Virus record (IMG/VR): IMGVR_UViG_3300027996_000041
Location: 1 to 55,788 of that record
DNA length: 55,788 bases
Strand: one strand, 5' to 3'
Source: a virus
Lineage: Duplodnaviria > Caudoviricetes
Within the stretch, counting starts at the first letter, position 1. Every line of letters begins with the position of its first letter. Of this stretch, positions 16,447 to 24,259 are shown piece after piece. The notes below the pieces were generated by a model. That model had not been told where the DNA came from and made no database searches. It worked only from the letters and a program-made list of their open reading frames with translations. The position numbers were made by a program, and so were the translations under genes.

Positions 16447-17247
16447 TCACACCAACTCTTCTTCAATATCCTCTATTGAGTTTATCCTAAAAGTGTAGAA
16501 CCCATAGTCTGATTCTAAATTAATGTGTTCGTGTTCTTTTGTCCCAACGTCCCACACAACATATCCATGATTATCTACAGACTCACCAAAGTCTTGCTGT
16601 ATCATTGATGATGGTTGTACAATTGGTGTTCCATGATAATTCATTACTTGGTATAGGTGGATATCGCCACAACAAACAAAATCACAACCATCAAAAATAC
16701 TTATGTCTTGGCCATCCTCAAATTCAAAACCAATATTTGTTTTTAAACCAATTAATGGGTCGTGATATAAACCAACATATTTCTTATCACCATACTGTTC
16801 TCTTGCCTCCTCTATGTTAGGCCTCTTAGAACCTTCCATGTGACCATATAGACACCAAACTATATTATCGTCCTCATAACATCCTGTATGCTTTAAAAAT
16901 TTAAGTCTATTATCCCCCATGGTCTCAATAATAGGTGTTAAGGCATCCATTCTATCTAAGTTATTAGCTAAGAAATCGTGATTACCCAAAATAACAATAG
17001 TATCTGCCATATCACAACAACCTTTAAAAAACCAAGTAACAATATTAATTAGTTCGGGTGTCATTTGATTTTTAGAATGAACAATATCTCCAGCAATAAC
17101 AACCCTAACTTCTTCTCTAGTTAGTTCGTTATCTTCCATGTGTTGTTTTACAGAATCAAAAAATTTCTGAATCTGTTCTCTATATTCATCATGTCTTTTA
17201 TAAAGTCTGATATGGATGTCAGCACAGTGGTATAAATGTTTTATCAT
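16447..17247 (-). CDS. sbcD: Mre11/SbcD-like metallophosphoesterase nuclease (T4 gp47-like)
   Basis: ADIH, AGDIVH, GNHD, LYH and GDIH motifs; QQDFGE; near the SbcC gene. Confidence 0.9.
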   Translation of the reverse strand: MIKHLYHCADIHIRLYKRHDEYREQIQKFFDSVKQHMEDNELTREEVRVVIAGDIVHSKNQMTPELINIVTWFFKGCCDMADTIVILGNHDFLANNLDRMDALTPIIETMGDNRLKFLKHTGCYEDDNIVWCLYGHMEGSKRPNIEEAREQYGDKKYVGLYHDPLIGLKTNIGFEFEDGQDISIFDGCDFVCCGDIHLYQVMNYHGTPIVQPSSMIQQDFGESVDNHGYVVWDVGTKEHEHINLESDYGFYTFRINSIEDIEEELV

Positions 17248-17531
17248 AATTTAAATTCTTTTACTTGTTTTAATGGTGTGAAATCATTGTCAACTCTATA
17301 GCCATGTTGTCTAAATAAAGCATCAAATAATAATTTTCTTAATTCTCTATTACCTGAAGTGAAATCCATAATCTTTTCCAAATTCAATTCTTTTATTTCA
17401 GTTTCTCTACCAAAACGTAAAATATCAAATCTAGGGACAAGATTTTCATCATTATGGTAAGGTGTTAAATCATAACCTAGATGGCTATAATTTATTCTAA
17501 ACCATCTTTTTAATATATGATATATGTCCAT
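17244..17531 (-). CDS. Hypothetical protein with shared C-terminal tag
   Basis: 95 aa; ends FTPLKQVKEFKL. Confidence 0.7.
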   Translation of the reverse strand: MDIYHILKRWFRINYSHLGYDLTPYHNDENLVPRFDILRFGRETEIKELNLEKIMDFTSGNRELRKLLFDALFRQHGYRVDNDFTPLKQVKEFKL

Positions 17532-17926
17532 TATTTTCGTGATTTAATAAATCTATGTTTATTTACCCATTTCAAAGGTTCTAACCCTTTTTGTGATTCC
17601 CACTGCTCAACAAATAAAGCACAAATTTCAGCCTCAACATCGGTATTGGGCCAACCACTTAAATCTCGGTCATTAAGAAAAAATTCATGCGCTTGTCTAA
17701 TAAAAGATTCCACATTAGGTATGGTTTTACCTTTCTTATATATTCTATAGACTATAGGAAAAATAACATTTGAAAGTGTAGTATTCCCCATATAAGAATC
17801 ATGAGATACTACATAGTTAGCTACAAGTTCATATTTTAAAGCCAAAACAGGTTTTAAGTTTTCGGGCATTTGTTCCAAAAAACCCAATTCATACCATTTA
17901 TTTGTTATCTCTTCTATATCAAACAT
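17531..17926 (-). CDS. Mini-protein resembling the N-terminal region of a T4-gp23-type major capsid protein
   Basis: ITNKWYELGFLEQMPENLKPVLALKYE...VIFPIVYRIY parallels the KW..LGFLEGL...A.L.EN...V.FPIVRRVF pattern of large-phage capsid N-termini; only 131 aa. Confidence 0.6.
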   Translation of the reverse strand: MFDIEEITNKWYELGFLEQMPENLKPVLALKYELVANYVVSHDSYMGNTTLSNVIFPIVYRIYKKGKTIPNVESFIRQAHEFFLNDRDLSGWPNTDVEAEICALFVEQWESQKGLEPLKWVNKHRFIKSRK

Positions 17927-18333
17927 TATAGTTCGTGTTTTTTAATAAACCTATTTGGTTCTACTGTAGATTTTTTATACAATCCATCCTCATAAAAGTC
18001 CAAAATCTCCTTACATTTAATACTGTTACATGTTGTTGTAGTGTAGTAAGCATTTTCATCAACCACTAACTTATTTGACGGTAATAAATCAACCTCATCG
18101 ACAAACTGTCTCATTGTGACTGGTGACTGAAACATTTTGTGTGATGTTATAGTTCTTTTTGAACAAAAATCACCACACTTTTCATGTATATTATCTTGTA
18201 TTAACTTTCTTGTGTTTTTTTCTTTGGCCACAATTAAAGCTGTTTTATTTTTATTTTCTTTTAAAAAAGATACAACACTATTAACTAACCTTGTTGTTTT
18301 ACCACTTTGTCTTGGTTGAATTTCTACGTACAT
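17926..18333 (-). CDS. Mini-protein resembling the terminase large subunit ATPase core
   Basis: PRQSGKTT Walker A at residues 7-14, ALIVA strand, FVDE Walker B; 135 aa, no nuclease domain. Confidence 0.7.
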   Translation of the reverse strand: MYVEIQPRQSGKTTRLVNSVVSFLKENKNKTALIVAKEKNTRKLIQDNIHEKCGDFCSKRTITSHKMFQSPVTMRQFVDEVDLLPSNKLVVDENAYYTTTTCNSIKCKEILDFYEDGLYKKSTVEPNRFIKKHEL

Positions 18334-18339
18334 ATTTTA

Positions 18340-18564
18340 TTACATATCTTGCATATTATTCCAGTCATACTTTTTTAGTGTTTCCAACATATCATCAGAG
18401 TCAATTAAACTTGAGAAAGCTTCCTCAATGTTGTTATAAAAATCACCTGTTGAGTGGTCACCTATTCCTACTGAATTGTCCATTAACAATTCCAAACTTG
18501 TTAACGCTTTTTCTCTTTTTTCGGTGGCTTTCGCCACTAACATTTTTAAAATTCTTTCTTTCAT
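18340..18564 (-). CDS. Small helical phage protein (VGIGDH motif)
   Basis: 74 aa; helix-NSVGIGDHS-helix pattern typical of small conserved phage proteins. Confidence 0.7.
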   Translation of the reverse strand: MKERILKMLVAKATEKREKALTSLELLMDNSVGIGDHSTGDFYNNIEEAFSSLIDSDDMLETLKKYDWNNMQDM

Positions 18565-18971
18565 TGTTCTATTTTTTTTGCTTTTATAATCATTTTTATT
18601 TTTGTGTTAAAGTTTTCTGGTATTATTGATTCAACAGATACAACATAACCACTCTCTAATAAAAGAGAACCTAATTCTTTTGCCATATCTTGTTTAATTG
18701 TGGTGATAAGTTCTTCTCTTTGGTTACCGTATGTTCTTAATATTTCTGGACTTATAACTCTTTCAACAATTACCTCTTCAATTGGTGATATTTCAAACCT
18801 TGCCGGACTTGTTTCATAATTAACGTTAATACCATCCACAACACCTATTGGGTACAACCCACCTTCCCTACTATGTGTGTTACAGTATCTTGTTGCTGAC
18901 TGAACCCAACCATTTGTGTCTAACTGTTTTTCTTTTTTAACAAATTTATGTTTTAGTTTATTTCCGTCCAT
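18561..18971 (-). CDS. Hypothetical protein
   Basis: 136 aa; coupled to both neighbours. Confidence 0.65.
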   Translation of the reverse strand: MDGNKLKHKFVKKEKQLDTNGWVQSATRYCNTHSREGGLYPIGVVDGINVNYETSPARFEISPIEEVIVERVISPEILRTYGNQREELITTIKQDMAKELGSLLLESGYVVSVESIIPENFNTKIKMIIKAKKIEQ

Positions 18972-20122
18972 TATCTTACCATGTCCACTATTTTATTATC
19001 TATACTATATTCCGTATATATTTCCAACTCTGTTCTAATTCTATCTTCAGAACTTAATTTTTCCCATCTCTTCTGTGCTTTCTTTTTCCACCATTCATAC
19101 ATGTACTCCAAATTATGTTTATGAAAGTTTTGACCTTCTTTTAAAGGTATAGCTCCTTGGGAGTTAACGTGTTCTTTTACGTTGTCAAAACCAAAATTAG
19201 AATAGTAATATCTTTTCTTGGTTTTAGCTTTCATGCTTTCTTTGGTGAATAGGTGGAATTCTTTATAAGCCTCCTCATCGTAGTGTTTTAAATGGTTTTT
19301 GAGTATTGAAATAGCTTTATTAAACTCTCTCATTTTTGGTCCTGAAGGTTTAGGGTCAACTGTGTTACCATTCCACTCTTCTTTACCGTATAACTCCCTC
19401 ATTCTACCTCTAATTGGTTCATACACCTCTTGTGTTGGAAATAGAAATACGTCTGATTCTGTCATCGCTTGGTATCTCATAAATGGTTTAAGTCCATCAT
19501 ATTGGCTAACACCTTTTAGGTCACCATATAGTGATGTTGTTTCCATAAAACAAGTTTCAATCTTTTCACCGTACTTATCTTTTAACATATTCCTTATTTC
19601 GTGAGAACAGGCAATTAAAGCCAATAACTTCCCACCAAGACAATTAAAACCAAAAGGTTGTACTGGTACTATAATAGCCCCATTAATCATACTTCTATTA
19701 ACTTGTGTAGCGACCACTTTTTCACCAAAATAATCATTTCTAGGTTTAATAGCTAAAACTGGTGATGCCATTCTAATAAACCCCACATAAGTATTTGTGG
19801 TTGTTTCTTCTATCCCCAAGGTTATTTGCCTACCAATTTGGGGTTCTAATGGTAATGAGGTTATAATCTGTGTTGAGGGTGTGAACATTTTACCTTCAAT
19901 AACTTTTATCCTAAAATTCATGTCTTTTGGCTCTACTGTTGGGTCATTGAACATGTTTACTGTGTATTTTTCATGGTTAATGTCAACAATTTTTTCTTTT
20001 TTTCTAGCTAAAAAATAATCTTGTATCGTATCTAAATTCTCATAAAACCCAACAAAAGTGTCTCTAATTTCTAAAGTCTCTTCTTCTGTTAATAAAGGTT
20101 CGAATTCTTTTTTTTCTGCCAT
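18971..20122 (-). CDS. DUF4338 (DruA-related) family protein
   Basis: IVPVQPFGFNCLGGKLLALIACSHE and ETTSLYG..SQYDGLKP motifs of the phage DUF4338 family. Confidence 0.75.
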   Translation of the reverse strand: MAEKKEFEPLLTEEETLEIRDTFVGFYENLDTIQDYFLARKKEKIVDINHEKYTVNMFNDPTVEPKDMNFRIKVIEGKMFTPSTQIITSLPLEPQIGRQITLGIEETTTNTYVGFIRMASPVLAIKPRNDYFGEKVVATQVNRSMINGAIIVPVQPFGFNCLGGKLLALIACSHEIRNMLKDKYGEKIETCFMETTSLYGDLKGVSQYDGLKPFMRYQAMTESDVFLFPTQEVYEPIRGRMRELYGKEEWNGNTVDPKPSGPKMREFNKAISILKNHLKHYDEEAYKEFHLFTKESMKAKTKKRYYYSNFGFDNVKEHVNSQGAIPLKEGQNFHKHNLEYMYEWWKKKAQKRWEKLSSEDRIRTELEIYTEYSIDNKIVDMVR

Positions 20123-20204
20123 TTTTTTGTTTATTAATATTTTTTTATATCTTTATACACCAATAGTAAGAATAATCAATAAAACAATAAACACTTTAAC
20201 TACA

Positions 20205-20501
20205 ATGAAAAAAATAATTTCAATACTAAACATTTTATTAATCTCCACAATATCTTATTCACAAATACCGATGAGTGTTGGTGTTAGTTGTGGCGATGGT
20301 AAACCGTATATTAAACAAAAAAGATTTAAACCAAAAAGTTATATTGTGATAACTGATTATGAACCTACTATGGAAGTTTTAGATTCTATTCTAAAAAAAG
20401 AGTCTTACATGCTTATTGATGGTTCTCGATGGTATATTATACCTAATAGTAAAAGAAAAAAGGTAGATAAAGCTTTGTCAAACATTGAACGTAGTGTGTA
20501 A
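20205..20501 (+). CDS. Small secreted protein (98 aa)
   Basis: Start re-placed at ATG 20205: MKKIISILNILLISTISYS|Q signal peptide; the track's longer N-terminus overlaps the divergent gene. Confidence 0.7.
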   Translation: MKKIISILNILLISTISYSQIPMSVGVSCGDGKPYIKQKRFKPKSYIVITDYEPTMEVLDSILKKESYMLIDGSRWYIIPNSKRKKVDKALSNIERSV

Positions 20502-20515
20502 TGATTAACATTGTG

Positions 20516-20710
20516 TTAATCATCTATATTACCCAACCCCCAATAAGTTTCTAAAAGGAACTTTTCTGTTTCTCTTATGTTTGGTGTAGATACCCCTAAG
20601 GCATACGGTAACCAATACCTTTCATAAAAATAAGTGGGGTCATTTTTACATTTTTCCATTTCTTTTTTTATTGAAAATATGTGATTGTATTTTTTCTTTT
20701 TAGGTTCCAA
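20516..20710 (-). CDS. Mini-protein resembling the terminase large subunit N-terminal helix
   Basis: KEMEKCKNDPTYFYERY matches the E-x-x-KC-x-x-DP-x-YF-x-x-x-Y motif of T4 gp17-type terminases; 64 aa. Confidence 0.6.
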   Translation of the reverse strand: MEPKKKKYNHIFSIKKEMEKCKNDPTYFYERYWLPYALGVSTPNIRETEKFLLETYWGLGNIDD

Positions 20711-20712
20711 GG

Positions 20713-21144
20713 TTAAAATACTTTTGGTACCGCTTTATAGGTGTGTGTGGGTGTTTCACTTAATCTATTTAGATTTGTTTCTACATTACTAACCCATTTT
20801 ATATTGTAAAAATCATAATCCTCTAAATTTTGTCTTAAATCTACAACAAATACTTCATAACCTAACGCTCTATTTAGTTGTAAGGTTAGTTGTATCATAT
20901 TACATTGGTCATTGTGATTATAAGGTATTGCCAACCCATCATCGGTTAAAAGTGTTACATTAGAGTAGTAAGTGGTTTCGAATAAATTACCACACCAGTG
21001 TCTCATCATTTCTAATTTTCTATTAGTATCTGTTGTTGTGTTAGCTCTAGGGTGTGAACCCCACATAGACCAACACCTATAAAAAAACGTTTGTAAGTTT
21101 CCATACATTCTGAATTCACTATCATTAAATTCTTTTTCCATCAT
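20713..21144 (-). CDS. Hypothetical protein
   Basis: 143-aa ORF in operon orientation. Confidence 0.65.
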   Translation of the reverse strand: MMEKEFNDSEFRMYGNLQTFFYRCWSMWGSHPRANTTTDTNRKLEMMRHWCGNLFETTYYSNVTLLTDDGLAIPYNHNDQCNMIQLTLQLNRALGYEVFVVDLRQNLEDYDFYNIKWVSNVETNLNRLSETPTHTYKAVPKVF

Positions 21145-21155
21145 ACTCAGTCTTT

Positions 21156-21509
21156 TTATATTTCATTTTTATACATTTTATAAATCGTGAACCAATTAAC
21201 TAACCACACCCTTTTAACCTTTATTACGTAATTTAATTCTGTAGATTGTTTTAGTGACATCACCCTATGGTGCCCATCAATACAAACATTATCCCTAGTT
21301 ATTTTAGGTAAATTATTGTTATATCCATCTCCATATCCACCTTTTAAAATAGTATTCTTTAATTTTAATTGTTCCTCAGTCCAATCTAGTATCTCTATCT
21401 CATCCACCTTCTTTAACGTTTCTTTATCGGACACGAATTTTATATCACCAATTCTTATTTTAGTGTTATAACTGAGTAAGTAAGCTAATATCATAATTAA
21501 TTTTCTCAT
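21156..21509 (-). CDS. ParB/Srx-like domain protein
   Basis: P..TRDNVCIDGHHRV motif. Confidence 0.7.
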   Translation of the reverse strand: MRKLIMILAYLLSYNTKIRIGDIKFVSDKETLKKVDEIEILDWTEEQLKLKNTILKGGYGDGYNNNLPKITRDNVCIDGHHRVMSLKQSTELNYVIKVKRVWLVNWFTIYKMYKNEI

Positions 21510-21521
21510 TACTTTTTATTT

Positions 21522-22286
21522 TTATAATTTATGTTTTTCAACCCTTTTTTTAACCCAAAAATCTAAAACTTTCTTTGCTTCTAATCCCATATACGGAACT
21601 GGTATTATTTCAAACTCATAATCTTTTTCTGGGTTAAGATAAAGTAATCCCATTCTTCCCACCTTTTTACCTGTCTCCATTTGAAACATGTAAGCGTAGA
21701 TTGACATCTGTAACCCATATATGTTATATTGACAATCCGATAAATAAGTTAATGGTGACTTTAACCATTTACCATAATCAGAAACGTAATCAATTTTTTT
21801 ATTTGTTTTAAAATCCCACACATTGAAATACTCACCACAATCCTCAATAATATCCGCAGTTCCCGCTAACTCATGTTTTTCAGAAAATAAAATTGTTTCA
21901 GGGTATATTATACCCTTAGTCATTGGGTCTATCTTTTGAAACTTAGTTATTATCTCACTTTCGTAATCACTTTTTGGGATATAAATTTTGTCCGCTAATA
22001 GATACCTTTCCAATATCTCATGAACCTCTGTTCCGTATTCGTTAGCCTCATCATTAATTCTTTTCCACTCATCTAATATCTGTTGTTGATTCATACCCTT
22101 ATATTCGGGTTTTCTAACATCCTCTGATTGTTGTGAAATTCTAAGAGCTACCTCTTCAGCCGGAAACTCAGGTTCAAGCATTGCTAGGACCGTTGTGACG
22201 GACTTATACTTAACGTTTGTGTCTTTATGTATATAAACGTGCTCTTCGGGTTCTAACCAAACTTGTGAGTCTCTTTTAGTCGCCAT
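21522..22286 (-). CDS. PD-(D/E)XK exonuclease (RecB/Cas4-like)
   Basis: SVTT, GTEVH..LE, E..L, AGTAD, DFKT, LQMSIY motifs. Confidence 0.88.
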   Translation of the reverse strand: MATKRDSQVWLEPEEHVYIHKDTNVKYKSVTTVLAMLEPEFPAEEVALRISQQSEDVRKPEYKGMNQQQILDEWKRINDEANEYGTEVHEILERYLLADKIYIPKSDYESEIITKFQKIDPMTKGIIYPETILFSEKHELAGTADIIEDCGEYFNVWDFKTNKKIDYVSDYGKWLKSPLTYLSDCQYNIYGLQMSIYAYMFQMETGKKVGRMGLLYLNPEKDYEFEIIPVPYMGLEAKKVLDFWVKKRVEKHKL

Positions 22287-22497
22287 ATTGTTTGTCTATT
22301 ATTTTTTTAATTTCTAAAACTTTTTTAGTCTCACAATCTTCATGAAAAAAAATGTCTAATATTTTACTAACTTTTCTTGATTCTGTAACTAATGAGTCAG
22401 ATTTCCCTATATAGTCTTCAATACCCTTTATCCCATTTTCATTAAACTTTTTAATTAATACACCCTCATTTAAGTGTTTTTTATTAAATCCTGTCAT
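22276..22497 (-). CDS. Small hypothetical protein
   Basis: 73 aa, overlapping both neighbours. Confidence 0.6.
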   Translation of the reverse strand: MTGFNKKHLNEGVLIKKFNENGIKGIEDYIGKSDSLVTESRKVSKILDIFFHEDCETKKVLEIKKIIDKQYGD

Positions 22498-23459
22498 AAT
22501 TCACTTTCTTTTAATTTATACGCACTTTCCATAGTTTCTATAACACCCTTCCTACCAAAATCTTCATGTATTTTAGCGATGTCATAGTCTTCCTTTATTT
22601 TTATTATTTTTATTCTATTAAATAACTTACCAACATTTAATTTACTATAATGTTTTTTTGCATCATTCCAAGCGTCTGAATCCAAAAGAATTATAACATT
22701 AGCTTTAGATTTATTGAAAAGTAAATTCATTAATTTATCAGATATTTTTTTACCTAGTATGGGTATTGAGTTGTGTGTGACCACATGGTCGAATGGGCCC
22801 TCAACTAAATATATATCCGAATCCCAATTTAAAGAATGTTCATTAAATATTATTTGTTCTTTATCTGATTCTGGGTTTAGGTATTTTGGTCTAGCGTTAG
22901 CGTAGGTTCTTGTTACAAAATAATTTAATTCATTATTTTTATCGTAAGAAGGTATTATAACCCTAGAGTCATACTTGCCACCAACAGAGTACCCAATTTT
23001 AAATTTAGTTATTATATCCTCGGTTAATTTTCTTTCTTTAACCAAGTAGTTCCAAGCTTGTTTATGTAATAATGACTTCGGGTTTGATTCTTTGAAGTTT
23101 ATGTAGTGTTTTGGTAGTTTTAAATCCTCCACCACATTCTCCTCTATTTTATTGTTTTTTAAGTAGTTTAAATCGTAACCTATTAATTTTAATTTTTTAA
23201 TTTGTTGTGTTGTTGCGAAATTTTTAAATAATTTTTTTAAGGAACCTTTTGTACCATTAACCTCACCACAAGCCCAACAATTGTAAACGCCTTCCCTTAG
23301 ATTAACCTCTAGATTACCCTTACCGTCACCATCATACTCACCTTTTTCAGCTGAACATGTTGGGCAATCAAAACTATACTGTTGTTTTGTGATATTCCTT
23401 TTTTTAGGTTTACCCAAGACATCAATTAAAATACCATATATTAGTCTATTCTCTGACAT
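22494..23459 (-). CDS. DNA primase (zinc finger + TOPRIM)
   Basis: CPTC..CWAC zinc finger, RVIIP, KYLNP, VEGPFD, LDSD. Confidence 0.92.
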   Translation of the reverse strand: MSENRLIYGILIDVLGKPKKRNITKQQYSFDCPTCSAEKGEYDGDGKGNLEVNLREGVYNCWACGEVNGTKGSLKKLFKNFATTQQIKKLKLIGYDLNYLKNNKIEENVVEDLKLPKHYINFKESNPKSLLHKQAWNYLVKERKLTEDIITKFKIGYSVGGKYDSRVIIPSYDKNNELNYFVTRTYANARPKYLNPESDKEQIIFNEHSLNWDSDIYLVEGPFDHVVTHNSIPILGKKISDKLMNLLFNKSKANVIILLDSDAWNDAKKHYSKLNVGKLFNRIKIIKIKEDYDIAKIHEDFGRKGVIETMESAYKLKESEL

Positions 23460-23501
23460 ATTATAAGACTAACATTTTTTTATGTAAAAATAAAGGGGAG
23501 A

Positions 23502-23630
23502 TTACCACCAATGATAATCATCGTTGTTTATATACACAACTAAACTAATAAAAACTACTATAGCTAATATAAGTAACACAAGGTTTGGCCTATTCTGTTT
23601 TAACTTTTTGTTTACAATCCCAAAAACCAT
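23502..23630 (-). CDS. Candidate 42-aa single-pass membrane peptide
   Basis: Not in the ORF track. Manual translation MVFGIVNKKLKQNRPNLVLLILAIVVFISLVVYINNDDYHWW*; overlaps the RuvC 3' end and fills the gap. Confidence 0.5.
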   Translation of the reverse strand: MVFGIVNKKLKQNRPNLVLLILAIVVFISLVVYINNDDYHWW

Positions 23631-24234
23631 CACGACACATTAAAGCTCTAACACAAGCGTAACTATCGGTCATATCAAAATTTTCTTTTTTAAGGGTATT
23701 ATTTTTTGTGTATTCCCACACTATCTGTGGCTCTAGGTCAGCCACCTTTTCCCAAATAACCATTTTCTTATCTGTAGTCCAATCATAATTACCAAATAAA
23801 ACTGGTTTTTTCTTACTGATTTCTTTTTCTGTATATGGTTCACCTTTTTTATTGTGTGTCCTAATTTGCATTAGTTCTGGGAAAGAATATGCTCTAGCGT
23901 CATATGATGATATAAAATCTGGTATGACATTTAAAACCTCTGATACCATTTTTGATATCATACCATTAAACTTTAATAATGTTCCAACTGTGTAGACATT
24001 ATTACTATTTAAAAGAGGTTCTTCTATTATCACCTTTTCTATATCTAACTCTATATATCTAGTTAATAATTTCTCAAAGGCGTCAACCTTTTTAAATAAC
24101 AATTCCAACTTACTATCTGGTAACGGTTTGATTTTTGGTGTTATGTGTGTTAGTTCCAACAATTTACCATCTTCTTCGAATAGAGCTATTCCGATGGTCT
24201 TAGTTGAGACATCTAATCCTAAGATTCTTCCCAT
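23590..24234 (-). CDS. ruvC: RuvC-like Holliday junction resolvase
   Basis: ILGLDVSTKTIG, VIIEEP and FDMTDSY acidic catalytic motifs. Confidence 0.85.
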   Translation of the reverse strand: MGRILGLDVSTKTIGIALFEEDGKLLELTHITPKIKPLPDSKLELLFKKVDAFEKLLTRYIELDIEKVIIEEPLLNSNNVYTVGTLLKFNGMISKMVSEVLNVIPDFISSYDARAYSFPELMQIRTHNKKGEPYTEKEISKKKPVLFGNYDWTTDKKMVIWEKVADLEPQIVWEYTKNNTLKKENFDMTDSYACVRALMCRDGFWDCKQKVKTE

Positions 24235-24259
24235 TTTTTAAAACTTTTTTTATTTATTA

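Noticed and set aside
16435-16449. TGA read-through joining SbcD to downstream sequence
   Set aside because: An in-frame TAA follows after three more codons (VVN), so no fusion results.
17926-20710. Intron- or intein-split functional terminase
   Set aside because: The two pieces are separated by four unrelated ORFs, there is no nuclease domain and no homing endonuclease or intron-like sequence, and each piece has its own unrelated C-terminus. It cannot be fully excluded without the whole genome.
21522-22286. Cas4 gene indicating a CRISPR system
   Set aside because: It lacks the four-Cys Fe-S pattern, there is no array or other cas gene, and it sits beside primase as an ordinary phage exonuclease.
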